Below, piece by piece: positions 29,470-39,121 of a stretch of 64,000 nt of DNA. The translations under genes and the position numbers were made by a program. The notes below the pieces were generated by a model, which did not search any database, was not told the origin of the DNA, and saw only the letters and a list, made by a program, of their open reading frames with translations. Numbering within the stretch: the first letter of the stretch is position 1; every line of letters starts with the position of its first letter. The DNA is from Desulfobacterales bacterium (lineage in GTDB: Bacteria; Desulfobacterota; Desulfobacteria; Desulfobacterales; UBA5616). The DNA lies in NCBI GenBank assembly GCA_046483495.1, contig JAWODC010000090.1:89785-153784 (forward strand), given 5' to 3'.

Positions 29470-31320
29470 TTAAAGAACCCCGGATCCAAGCTTTTTGGTG
29501 CTGTCCTTGTTCTTCTTCATGTCGTAAATCCGCTGGTTGTAAAAGCTGATGACTTCACGCCTGTAGAGCATCCCAAGAAGATTTCGGTGGTTTTCTTCGT
29601 CCATGACGGGAAGGCCGTCGATGTTTTTTAGAGTGAATTTTTTCAAAACACCGTTTAAGTCTTCCGAGGGCGTCGTGTAAATCACATCCGAGGTGGCGAT
29701 ATCTTCCATGACGACGAGGTTTTCGATGCCGATGGAAAAAATGACGCTGCGGATGTCCGTACTGGAAAAGATTCCCACCATGCGTTTGTTCTCATCGACA
29801 ACCGGAAAATAGTGCTGCTTTGTTTCGGGGAAGTATTTCTTGAATTCCTGAAACGTCATGTTCTGTGGAACGATATCCACTTTTTTTACCAGATGCATCA
29901 AATCCTTCACCCGAATGGTTTCGAGCACATCCATAAAAAAATCGCCGGCATGGGCCGGGGATGCGATTTTGTTCTTCACCTGCTTTTCGAAAATCGTCCA
30001 GCGCTGAGCGGCCAAATAGGTGACCGAGCAAACCAGAAGGCTCGGCAGCAGCAGGTGATAGGAGTTGGTCATTTCACTGACAAAGATGATCGTTGAAATG
30101 GGGGCGTTCGATACGGCGGTAAAAAAACCGGCCATTCCCACCACGACAAATGCACCGGGTTCGGTGATGACATCGGGCATGATCATGTGAAAGAAATTGC
30201 CGACCGCCCCACCCATTGCGCCGCCGATAACCACCGAAGGCCCGAATACGCCGCCGCTGCCTCCCGAACCAATGGAAAAGGACGTGGTCAACACCTTTCC
30301 AATGGCCAGGCTCAGCAGAAATGGAATCGCATATTCATTGAAAATCGCCTTTTGGGCGAAACCGTATCCAAAAGCAAGGGTCCACGGCAGAAAAAACCCG
30401 ATGATGCCGGTGACGAGTCCACCGAGGGCGGGCTTCCAGTGATGCGGTATGTTGATTCTCTGGAACAGGCTGATGGTTCCGTAGAACGACTTTATGTAAA
30501 ATATGCCGGTGACGACCAGGACCATGGCCAAAACCACATAGGGGCCGAGCTCCATGGGGTTGTTGAAGTGGAAGTCGGGAGAGCTGAACAGCGATCCCCA
30601 GCCGAATACAAGGCAAAAGACACAATATGCAACGACCGATGAAATTCCGGCGGGAATGATGACATCCGACTCAAATTCCGGATCCCGATACAGCACTTCA
30701 GCGGCAAAAAGGGCCCCGGCCAACGGCGCCCTGAAGATGCTTCCCACACCGGCACCGATGCCGGCGGCCATCATGATGCGCCGTTCCCGTTCCGAAAGGT
30801 TCAGTTTGGTGGCCAGAAAAGAACCGAAGCCGGCGCCGATCTGCGCAATCGGCCCCTCCCTTCCCCCGGAGCCGCCGGTGGTAATGGTCAGTGCCGATGC
30901 CAGTGTTTTAACGATCGGCACCCGTCCCCGGATAAAACCACCCTTGTTATGAAATGCGTCGATAGCGGCGTCCGTTCCATGGCCTTCCGCTTCGGGTGCG
31001 AACGTATATACCAGCCAGCCGCTTAAAATCCCGCCGATCGCCGGCAGAAAGAGAAGAATCCAACGGTAAAAGGGTGTATCCGTAGACGGCAGAATGTGGT
31101 GTTCCCCGGCAGGCATGGGAGGCCTGTATCCGGCCAGGCCGTCCAGAAAAAAGTGAAGGCCCAACTGACATAGATATTGGAAAAAGACGGAGCCCAGGCC
31201 GGCAATCAGCCCGATCAGGATGAAGTTAATCCCCCATTTTCCGGCCTTGACGATATCCGGAGTTCTGTAATTTGCTGTTTTTCTGAATCCGCTTTTTATC
31301 CGTCCCGGAGAAAGCTTCAT
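29470..31320 (-). CDS. ClC-family chloride channel/antiporter with CBS pair
   Basis: GHGTD, GGREGP (gating Glu), GGVFGP and a C-terminal CBS tandem. Confidence 0.92.
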   Translation of the reverse strand: MKLSPGRIKSGFRKTANYRTPDIVKAGKWGINFILIGLIAGLGSVFFQYLCQLGLHFFLDGLAGYRPPMPAGEHHILPSTDTPFYRWILLFLPAIGGILSGWLVYTFAPEAEGHGTDAAIDAFHNKGGFIRGRVPIVKTLASALTITTGGSGGREGPIAQIGAGFGSFLATKLNLSERERRIMMAAGIGAGVGSIFRAPLAGALFAAEVLYRDPEFESDVIIPAGISSVVAYCVFCLVFGWGSLFSSPDFHFNNPMELGPYVVLAMVLVVTGIFYIKSFYGTISLFQRINIPHHWKPALGGLVTGIIGFFLPWTLAFGYGFAQKAIFNEYAIPFLLSLAIGKVLTTSFSIGSGGSGGVFGPSVVIGGAMGGAVGNFFHMIMPDVITEPGAFVVVGMAGFFTAVSNAPISTIIFVSEMTNSYHLLLPSLLVCSVTYLAAQRWTIFEKQVKNKIASPAHAGDFFMDVLETIRVKDLMHLVKKVDIVPQNMTFQEFKKYFPETKQHYFPVVDENKRMVGIFSSTDIRSVIFSIGIENLVVMEDIATSDVIYTTPSEDLNGVLKKFTLKNIDGLPVMDEENHRNLLGMLYRREVISFYNQRIYDMKKNKDSTKKLGSGVL

Positions 31321-31321
31321 A

Positions 31322-32632
31322 TTATCCTGTCAGATCCTTCACACCTCTCAAAATGATGTCAAACAGCTCTTGAATGTTATCCTCTTCAATACAGGAAAAA
31401 GCGATTCTCAAATTGTCCTCTCCGATAGCGATCAACCCCACCCCGTATCGATCCAGCAGGTGCACGCGAAGGTTTTCCGCATTCGCATGCTTTAATCGAA
31501 TGCACATGAAATAACCCGAATTGAACGGGTACGCCTCAAAAGCCTCCTTGTATTTATCCTGAGTCAGAACCGATTTAACCCGCATCGCCCGGGCTTTGAG
31601 AATTCTGAATTTCTCCTCCTTTTCTACAGGAAAATTAAGGTCTTGCATGGACCGGAGAATGATGGATTGTCCCAGGTGGGATGCATTCGAGATGGTACCG
31701 CGAACGCAGCCGGCTGTTTTTCGGACCAGGGCGTCATATACCGCCGCCTCATCCTGTTGGGGGGCACACCCATACGTAATGAACCCTACCCGCAGCCCCC
31801 AGACATAGCTTTCCTTGGTGGCGCCGTCGAGTTTCACCGCAAGAAGCCGGGGATGTTTGCCGCACAATTTTGCGAATAGGGATTCTTTCAGCGTGTCATC
31901 CTCATAAAACAGCCCGAAGTAGGCATCATCCGTGACGGCAATGACATGGGTGCCGTCTTCGGCCAACCGGGTTAATATCTCGACGATTGCATCGCCTTCT
32001 TTATGATTGGCGCTGTATCCGGTTGGATTCTGGGGGAAATTCAACAGCACGATGACCTTGTCCCTGTCACGGGCTTCTTCCCGCAATTTTTCCTCGAGCG
32101 CCGAAAGGTTGAATCCACCGGCATCGGAAAACAACGGGTACTGCGAAATGCGGGCGTTGTGCAGGACATTGAAAATCATCGTGTAATTTCCCCACATCAT
32201 GTCGGGCAATACAATAACATCATCCGGGTTTACCCACATATCGGCAAATACACTGATGGCATGCGTAATGCCCGAGGTGACCACCGGCAGACTGACTGAT
32301 TTTCCGGAAAGGGACGGATTTTTCCGGTAAAGATCTTCTTTCCATATTTGCCGCAATCCCGGAATCCCAAAGGAAGGCGCATAGGTGAGGTATTCCTTGG
32401 GTCGCATTTCGTGAACCAATCCGGCGACCGAATTGAATCGCATGGTTTTTCCCTCTTCCAGTGCGATTCCGATGGTGGCATTCAGTCGATGCGCCTTTTC
32501 CTTGGCCTCTGCACTCTGGGTCAGAATACCTTTCGGAAAGAAAAGCTTTTTGCCGACATCGGACATCATGCAGTAGATGTCCGGACAATATCGTTTAATG
32601 ATGTCGTTTAACTCGACAGCAATCGGATTCAT
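31322..32632 (-). CDS. Class I/II PLP-dependent aminotransferase
   Basis: NATIG, NFPQNPTGY, DDAYFG and GATKESYVWGLRVG. Confidence 0.88.
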   Translation of the reverse strand: MNPIAVELNDIIKRYCPDIYCMMSDVGKKLFFPKGILTQSAEAKEKAHRLNATIGIALEEGKTMRFNSVAGLVHEMRPKEYLTYAPSFGIPGLRQIWKEDLYRKNPSLSGKSVSLPVVTSGITHAISVFADMWVNPDDVIVLPDMMWGNYTMIFNVLHNARISQYPLFSDAGGFNLSALEEKLREEARDRDKVIVLLNFPQNPTGYSANHKEGDAIVEILTRLAEDGTHVIAVTDDAYFGLFYEDDTLKESLFAKLCGKHPRLLAVKLDGATKESYVWGLRVGFITYGCAPQQDEAAVYDALVRKTAGCVRGTISNASHLGQSIILRSMQDLNFPVEKEEKFRILKARAMRVKSVLTQDKYKEAFEAYPFNSGYFMCIRLKHANAENLRVHLLDRYGVGLIAIGEDNLRIAFSCIEEDNIQELFDIILRGVKDLTG

Positions 32633-32767
32633 ACGGCCTCCCCAAACCCCACGGTTGCGCTGGGTATTTTAATGCAGTGAGCTATCTTGATACTCTTACA
32701 AAACACCGGAAGTCAAGAGGAATAACGGTGGGGAAATGCTCTGAAGCGTTCACCCTGAATCGATATT

Positions 32768-32796
32768 AAAAACCCCGTCCGTTACGGACGGGGTTT
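32768..32796 (-). terminator. Intrinsic terminator after the PxxKW gene
   Basis: AAACCCCGTCCG-TTA-CGGACGGGGTTT, with a T-run on the minus strand. Confidence 0.8.
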
Positions 32797-32819
32797 GCCG
32801 TTCGACCATGAACAGCGGA

Positions 32820-33104
32820 TTATCGCCGAGCCCGTTTAGACGCTTTCAACGGATTCAACTTGGCTGCTTCTTTTGCAGCCCACGTTACATGAGATGCCAG
32901 ATTGCAATTGCCGCTTTTCCATTTCATGGACGGTTCCGGACATGACGTGCAATACCAGCTGTTTGCATATTCGACAGTCCGTTTGCAGCCATTGCACTGT
33001 TCTACGATCTCATGGCAAATCCCGCCATTGTAGGAGCATCCCTCCGGTTTCATAAACGGGCACTCCATACCTTTTCTTACGGTTGTACAAAGCATTTTGA
33101 TCAC
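32820..33104 (-). CDS. PxxKW family cysteine-rich small protein
   Basis: Multiple Cys, PSMKW motif, CNLASH and an NPLKASKR tail. Start is GTG 33104 or ATG 33095. Confidence 0.8.
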   Translation of the reverse strand: MIKMLCTTVRKGMECPFMKPEGCSYNGGICHEIVEQCNGCKRTVEYANSWYCTSCPEPSMKWKSGNCNLASHVTWAAKEAAKLNPLKASKRARR

Positions 33105-33167
33105 CCCCTGAGTTTTTTGCCCGGTCCTGTTGCCGGGGCAGCATAAAAAAAACCGCCTCTCGGCTTC

Positions 33168-33207
33168 AAAAAAAACAACCTTTGAAGATAAGGCGTTTCA
33201 AAGGTTG
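33168..33207 (-). terminator. Intrinsic terminator inside the 5' leader of the PxxKW gene
   Basis: Minus strand reads CAACCTTTGAA-N10-TTCAAAGGTTG followed by 8 T. Confidence 0.75.
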
Positions 33208-33298
33208 CCGTGGATACCGTCCAACATAACCGGTAATCCATTAAACCGTTTCATATCAGCCGATTGGCGATGACCTTTCGATCTCTTTTGCCGGCGCT

Positions 33299-33327
33299 TA
33301 TATAAAGCTTTGGCCGTCTGTTGTCAA
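33299..33327 (-). promoter_or_regulatory. Sigma70-type promoter
   Basis: Minus strand TTGACA-N17-TATATA. Confidence 0.6.
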
Positions 33328-33460
33328 CAAAAATAGGAGGAAAAAATGATCAATGCTTGTTTTTTTTTTCATAATATTCGAAGATGGTTGGGTTAAGAGG
33401 TAAGGTCCTGAAATCGGTCTTGCTGCATACACCACCATCGAAGTTGAGGTTGAAAATCCA

Positions 33461-34441
33461 ATGATCATCGAAAAAGCCAGAGACGTTCTCCGAATCGAGG
33501 CCGAAGGCATTCTCAATTTGATACAAAAGATCGGACCCGCTTTTTCCGACATGATCGATACCGTATATCGGGCAAAAGGGCGATTGATCGTGACCGGCAT
33601 CGGGAAATCGGGTATTGTCGGCCGAAAAATCGTCGCTACCCTGAACAGCACGGGAACGCGATCGGTTTTCCTCCATCCCGTTGAAGCGATGCACGGCGAT
33701 TTGGGGATTGTTTCCCGGGAAGATGTGCTTCTGGCCCTTTCTTACAGCGGCGAAACCGATGAATTGAACATACTGATCCCGAGCATACGCAGCATTGGAT
33801 GCAAAATTATCAGCTTTACCGGGAACCCGGTCTCCACGCTGGCCCGGCACAGCGATATCATCATCGACGTCGGGGTGGCCAGGGAGGCATGCCCTCTCGG
33901 CCTCGCTCCCACAGCCAGCACCACCGCCATGCTGGCCATGGGTGATGCCATGGCCATCGTTTTGATCGATAAAAATCGTTTTCAATCCAGCGATTTTAAA
34001 CGAATCCATCCCGGCGGCAATCTGGGGCAGCGGTTGGCGAACGAGGTCGGCGATCTAATGATGACCGGTGATCATATCCCGTTCGTATTCGAACATCAAT
34101 CGATGGAAGACGTGATCATGGAGATCGATCGGGTAGGACTCGGAGCCGTTTTTATTCTCTCGAGAAAATCGGTTCTTCGGGGAATTATTACGGACGGCGA
34201 CATTCGGCGCCTTCTGGCGGGGAAAAAAAACCTCTTTGACCTGGACATTATACACGTGATGACGTCAACTGCGAAATCCGTGAAGCCGGACACCCCCGCT
34301 TATGATGCCTTGAACCTGATGGAACATTACCAGATTACCGTGCTGCCGGTCACCGATGCCGGTGGAAAAGTCCACGGCATATTGCATCTGCACGATATCC
34401 TGGGTAAAGGTGAATTCAAGTTTAATGGAAAGCAACACTAA
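33461..34441 (+). CDS. kdsD: KpsF/GutQ family arabinose-5-phosphate isomerase
   Basis: GIGKSG, HGDLG, EACPLGLAPTAST, HPGGNLG and a CBS pair. Confidence 0.93.
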   Translation: MIIEKARDVLRIEAEGILNLIQKIGPAFSDMIDTVYRAKGRLIVTGIGKSGIVGRKIVATLNSTGTRSVFLHPVEAMHGDLGIVSREDVLLALSYSGETDELNILIPSIRSIGCKIISFTGNPVSTLARHSDIIIDVGVAREACPLGLAPTASTTAMLAMGDAMAIVLIDKNRFQSSDFKRIHPGGNLGQRLANEVGDLMMTGDHIPFVFEHQSMEDVIMEIDRVGLGAVFILSRKSVLRGIITDGDIRRLLAGKKNLFDLDIIHVMTSTAKSVKPDTPAYDALNLMEHYQITVLPVTDAGGKVHGILHLHDILGKGEFKFNGKQH

Positions 34442-34455
34442 CGTTTTGAGGTTTT

Positions 34456-35790
34456 ATGAATAAAGATAATCAACCCATACCCACCCGGATCGATACCTTG
34501 GGAGAGTCCAAGATCACCTCTCCGGCGATTCTCAGAGAGGATCATACCCGGGTCGTGAATCTGGTTTCCGAGGAAGACAGGGTCCTGATCGATGTCAACG
34601 CCCTGAGCATCACCGAGCGGATCCGCAATAACGAGGAGATCCCCTCTTTTGAAATGGCCGGCCCAAGAAGCAAAATATATTTCGATCCCAGCAAGCTGAA
34701 ATGCGCCATGGTCACCTGCGGCGGATTGTGTCCGGGTTTGAATGATATCATTCGCGCCATCGTCCTCGAACTGTATTACGGCTATGGCGTACGCCACATC
34801 TTCGGTATCCGGTACGGCCTGCAGGGATTCATCCCGGGCTACGGGCATGATATATATGAATTGAATCCCGCCCGGGTTACAAACATCATGGAGATGGGCG
34901 GCTCTATCCTGGGGTCCTCCCGGGGACCGCAACCCATCGATGAAATCGTGGATTGCCTCGAGCGGATGAACATCAGCATCCTCTTCATGATCGGTGGAGA
35001 CGGGACGATCCTCGCTGCATCGAAAATAGCCAATTACATCAGCGAAAATCGTCTGAACATCAGCGTTATCGGGATCCCCAAGACGATCGACAACGACATT
35101 TACATGGTGAATAAGTCATTCGGCTTCGATACGGCTGTCGATGTCTCGACGCAAGCCATCATGGGAGCCCACAATGAAGCGGTCAGCTATCCAAACGGCA
35201 TCGGAATGATCAAGCTCATGGGACGGTATTCCGGATTTATCGCCGCGACAGCCGCGCTGGCCCAGCAGGACGTCAACTTCGTTTTGATTCCTGAAATCGA
35301 TTTCGATCTTGACGGGACCTCCGGGCTGTTGACCAAATTGGAAAAACGCATTCACAATAGAAAGCACGCCGTGATTGTAGTGGCGGAAGGCGCCGGCCAG
35401 AAATTTTTCGAAACGGCGAGAGCGGAACGGGATGAATCGGGAAACATTCGACTGCATGACATCGGCATCTATCTAAAAGACGCCATCGGTGACTATTTTC
35501 AACGCAAAGGCATCGAAATCACGTTAAAGTACATCGATCCCAGTTATATGATCCGAAGCCTGCCGGCCAATGCAAATGACAGCGTTTTCTGCAGCTTTCT
35601 CGGCAGAAACGCCGTTCACGCCGGAATGGCGGGAAAAACCAAAATGCTCATCGGACACTGGAACGATTATTTCGTTCATATACCCTTCGACGCCACCGCC
35701 GGAAAACGCAAACAGGTAGATCCCCACGGCACCCTCTGGCGAAGCGTACTTGAAGCCACGGGACAGGGAAACCTGAAAAACGGCGCATGA
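34456..35790 (+). CDS. 6-phosphofructokinase (ATP-dependent clade)
   Basis: TCGGLCPG, GGSILGSSRG, IGGDGT, PKTIDND, LMGR and YIDPSY. Confidence 0.92.
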   Translation: MNKDNQPIPTRIDTLGESKITSPAILREDHTRVVNLVSEEDRVLIDVNALSITERIRNNEEIPSFEMAGPRSKIYFDPSKLKCAMVTCGGLCPGLNDIIRAIVLELYYGYGVRHIFGIRYGLQGFIPGYGHDIYELNPARVTNIMEMGGSILGSSRGPQPIDEIVDCLERMNISILFMIGGDGTILAASKIANYISENRLNISVIGIPKTIDNDIYMVNKSFGFDTAVDVSTQAIMGAHNEAVSYPNGIGMIKLMGRYSGFIAATAALAQQDVNFVLIPEIDFDLDGTSGLLTKLEKRIHNRKHAVIVVAEGAGQKFFETARAERDESGNIRLHDIGIYLKDAIGDYFQRKGIEITLKYIDPSYMIRSLPANANDSVFCSFLGRNAVHAGMAGKTKMLIGHWNDYFVHIPFDATAGKRKQVDPHGTLWRSVLEATGQGNLKNGA

Positions 35791-36263
35791 TTCCGCCGGA
35801 CTACGGACCGCATCGAATGGCGTTAAGGACAATTTTTTATCGACACCGTACCATGCCTCGCCTGATCATAAGATATACACTACTGCAGCTTCCCGGATAT
35901 GTTCTGCTTATCCTGGTCCTTATCCTGCTGCGACGGATCGTGAATATTCCCGACACCACCCTGTGGGCCGTTCTCGGTTTGTGGTTGGCAAAGGATATCG
36001 TGTTGTTCCCCTTGGTGGGACGGTATTATGCACCTGAAAACTTCCAGGACCGATTTTCAATGATCGGAAAAGACGGCATCGTCCAGAAACCGCTGGCACC
36101 TGCCGGAACCATACGCGTCCGGGGAGAACTCTGGAAGGCGGAAGTTACGGAACAGTGGCATTCCATCGAATACGGCCGGCGGGTGGTGGTGCAGGACATC
36201 AAAGGTCTTACGCTGAAAGTCAAGCCTGCGGAAAATTCCGAAAAGCCGTCTAAAACGCCTTAA
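35787..36263 (+). CDS. Short NfeD-family membrane protein
   Basis: Two TM segments plus OB-fold motif G.IRVRGELWKA...GLTLKV; start is uncertain. Confidence 0.75.
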   Translation: MIPPDYGPHRMALRTIFYRHRTMPRLIIRYTLLQLPGYVLLILVLILLRRIVNIPDTTLWAVLGLWLAKDIVLFPLVGRYYAPENFQDRFSMIGKDGIVQKPLAPAGTIRVRGELWKAEVTEQWHSIEYGRRVVVQDIKGLTLKVKPAENSEKPSKTP

Positions 36264-37660
36264 GGGATGAGCACTCCCGGATTCATGAAATTTTCCGTGT
36301 CCAGGACGCCTTTGATTTTCCTTAACAGACTCACCCCGGTTTCCCCCACTTCATCAGGCATCCAGTTTCGCCTGACCCGGCCGATGCCATGGTGATGCGA
36401 AATTCCCCCGCCGCCGTCGATGGTCGCTTCCATGACGCGTCGCCAGCATTCGTAATAAACCGCCTCCATTTTCGAGGCATCTTCCACTTTTGCGGCAAAT
36501 GTGAAATAAAGATTGATGCCGGAACGGTAACAGTGGGAACTGTGGGCCGAAGCGTTTAACATGTTTTCCACTCGATTGAGTGAAGAAACGGCGTTTTCGT
36601 AGATGCCGCCGATGCGGTCCCATGTGGCGGCGATTTCAATCGTATCAAGAATGATATTGTTTTGCAGGAAGCTCTCGAATCCGGATACATGGTTACGGTC
36701 CTCGAGCCATTTCTTCACCATTTCCACAGGGGCGGTATCACAGCCGAGATCAGCGGCAATTTCCGAGCATTCACGCATTTCCGCCGCCACCTGCCCGGCG
36801 GGCCCCTCGTGCACCAGAATGACCACGGCGTCTTGATTGCGGACCTGCTCCGGGAAAAGGCGTTTGGCTTCGATGTGGTCGTATTGCCGCATGACCGGGG
36901 GCGTCCATCCGGATTGAATCACGAATCGCTGGAACGCGATGCCCTTTGCCATGGTGGGCGCATAGTAGGCGCTGTAATCCTGCTTCTGCGGTTTCCATCG
37001 AAGCGAGAAGGTTGCGGAACAAATCACGCCCAACGTCCCTTCGCTTCCGATGAACAGCTGCTTCAAATCCGGCCCGGAAGCGGCGCGCGGGGTAAGCCGC
37101 GTATTCAGGACCTCGCCGTTCGGCAGTACCACCTCGAGTCCCATGACCATGTCTTCCACGGCGCCGTAAGCGCTGGAAAACTGTCCGCACGACCGCGTGG
37201 CGAGCCAACCGCCTATGGAGCTTACATCGATGGATTGGGGAAAGTGGGCGATGGTCATGCCCTCCCTGGCCACCGCTGCTTCGGCATCCGCACCACGAAC
37301 ACCGGCTTCGAACGTTGCCAGGAGATTATGTGCATCGATTTTTCGAATCTTTTTCATAAAACTCATGTCCAGAAGAATGGACCGGGGAGAAGCAATGACA
37401 CCGCAGACCACGCCGGAACCCAGCCCGAAGGGAATCAAGGGCACCCTGTTTTCCCGGCAGACATTGACAACGGCGATTACGTCCTGCGTTGTCCGCGGCG
37501 CTGCAACGCAAGCGGGATTGGGGGCCCCCCGTCCCTGAAGGTCCGCCAGTTGGCTGACTACCGAATAGTCATGCCGCCGTTCCATCAAAAAGGCTTCATC
37601 TGTTTTGACTTTATCCACACCGATTGCCGAGATTATTTTTTCAGTAATGTCAACTGCCAT
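36260..37660 (-). CDS. FAD-binding oxidoreductase, alkyl-DHAP synthase / YgcU-like
   Basis: HFPQS, SSIGGWLATRSCG, GPDLKQLFIGSEGTLG, HSSHCY..GINLYF and SHHHGIG. Start set at ATG 37660. Confidence 0.85.
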   Translation of the reverse strand: MAVDITEKIISAIGVDKVKTDEAFLMERRHDYSVVSQLADLQGRGAPNPACVAAPRTTQDVIAVVNVCRENRVPLIPFGLGSGVVCGVIASPRSILLDMSFMKKIRKIDAHNLLATFEAGVRGADAEAAVAREGMTIAHFPQSIDVSSIGGWLATRSCGQFSSAYGAVEDMVMGLEVVLPNGEVLNTRLTPRAASGPDLKQLFIGSEGTLGVICSATFSLRWKPQKQDYSAYYAPTMAKGIAFQRFVIQSGWTPPVMRQYDHIEAKRLFPEQVRNQDAVVILVHEGPAGQVAAEMRECSEIAADLGCDTAPVEMVKKWLEDRNHVSGFESFLQNNIILDTIEIAATWDRIGGIYENAVSSLNRVENMLNASAHSSHCYRSGINLYFTFAAKVEDASKMEAVYYECWRRVMEATIDGGGGISHHHGIGRVRRNWMPDEVGETGVSLLRKIKGVLDTENFMNPGVLIP

Positions 37661-37703
37661 ATTTCGCTTCTCCTTCACCTCCAAGTCATTTCTCGATTGA
37701 ACG

Positions 37704-39035
37704 CTAAGCCGACAAAAACGCTTCAACCACATCTTCGGCCTGTTCGGGCATTATCCCGAGCAAAAAAGACAAATCGAGCACCGTGAACCGTTCTCTCATC
37801 TGGTTGGCATGTTTCACCACTGTTAAAAAACGCTCCCGTTCGATGCTCCGGTTGTCAATGCGAATATCACTTATTTTGTGGGCCGCCCCCGCCGTTTTGA
37901 GACAATGTTTAATGGTATGCGGCGGCAACAGGGTATCCTTTATGATCGAGCGCAAATTGTCCCAGTTTTCAGGGTGTGACAAAGTGCGCGCCGCCGCCTC
38001 GAACTTCGGCAGCTTTTTGCGATATTGGTCTTTCACGACTTCGATTAACGGCCCCCAGAATCCCTGATCCGCTTCGAGGGGGATCTTGGCGAATCGCGGT
38101 TCTTCAATTTCCAGAACCCTTTCATACAACGCCGCCGAAAAAATGGTGCCGACACCGACTTGCCTGCCATGCAAATCATGCTTTTGCCCGTTAACCGATG
38201 ACGTCATGTCGATGGTATGGGATATGAGATGTTCTCCTCCTGATGCCGGGGCCGAGGTGCCGGTAATGGTCATGGCGACGCCCGAGTAGAAAAGCGCCGC
38301 AAAAAGCGCCTGAACAGCCTCGGCATCCCGCTGCCGGATCTTCTCGGGGCTGCCGAGATAAACGGGTTCCAGGTCTTTTAAAAGATCGACGGAAAATCGG
38401 CAGTAGTAATCATCGAACAAAAACCGGTTCAGCCTCCAGTCCGCGGAGCTGACGGTTTTTGCAATGACATCCCCAAGCCCGGAGACGGTCAGCTCGAAAG
38501 GGGCGTTTTCGATGATTTCCGGCACGGCGAAAACCGCTTTGCAGGCCTGCGAGGGAAAAAGCACCTTAAGTCCGTCAATGGATGCGGATACATTTGCCGA
38601 CGCATAGCCGTTCATGGAAGCCGCGGTCGCGAAAGTCAGAAAAGGTTTTTGACGCTGATAGGCAATCCATTTGGTTAAATCATTGACGACCCCGCTTCCC
38701 GCAGCGATATACATGTCGGCGTCAGGCGCTTGCTTTATAATCGTGTTAACGGTTTTATCGTCCGTCACCGGCGATTCGCCGTGGCGGTCCGCAACAATGC
38801 AGTGCCGAACGGAGCTGCCCATCGTCTCGAGTGACTGCTCGATAAAACACCCGGCAACCTTATAGGTCCTTTCATCAGCTAAAATGAGATAATCCGGTTT
38901 TAAAGCATGGCGTCCGGCCACCCGGGGGATGTGTTCTACGGCATCCGAACGGTAAATCAGGTGATCCGTTGGAACGGTATGTATTCGCCCGCATTCGCAC
39001 TCAAAGGACTTCCCCAATACATCGCTTGTATTCAC
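37704..39035 (-). CDS. sn-glycerol-1-phosphate dehydrogenase (AraM/EgsA-like)
   Basis: N-terminal CECGRIH, GSGVVNDLTK, ASMNGYAS, GLGDVIAK, PASGGEHLISH, LHGRQVGVG and RERFT. Confidence 0.85.
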   Translation of the reverse strand: MNTSDVLGKSFECECGRIHTVPTDHLIYRSDAVEHIPRVAGRHALKPDYLILADERTYKVAGCFIEQSLETMGSSVRHCIVADRHGESPVTDDKTVNTIIKQAPDADMYIAAGSGVVNDLTKWIAYQRQKPFLTFATAASMNGYASANVSASIDGLKVLFPSQACKAVFAVPEIIENAPFELTVSGLGDVIAKTVSSADWRLNRFLFDDYYCRFSVDLLKDLEPVYLGSPEKIRQRDAEAVQALFAALFYSGVAMTITGTSAPASGGEHLISHTIDMTSSVNGQKHDLHGRQVGVGTIFSAALYERVLEIEEPRFAKIPLEADQGFWGPLIEVVKDQYRKKLPKFEAAARTLSHPENWDNLRSIIKDTLLPPHTIKHCLKTAGAAHKISDIRIDNRSIERERFLTVVKHANQMRERFTVLDLSFLLGIMPEQAEDVVEAFLSA

Positions 39036-39121
39036 GCTTACTCCTCAGGTTGAGCCATATCGAAAAGCAAAAGCATTCGGTGAACGAGGGCGCATCGAAC
39101 GCTTGCAAAAAACCGCCGACG

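Noticed and set aside
33230..33292. Canonical c-di-GMP-I riboswitch
   Set aside because: The GGCAAA and GAAA loop are present, but the GACGCAAA junction and P3 receptor are not; kept only as an unknown leader.
35787..36263. NfeD-stomatin (SPFH) operon
   Set aside because: No SPFH partner is adjacent; an orphan NfeD is not notable by itself.
36662..37786. 374-aa plus-strand ORF
   Set aside because: It is antisense to the FAD oxidoreductase and has no motifs.
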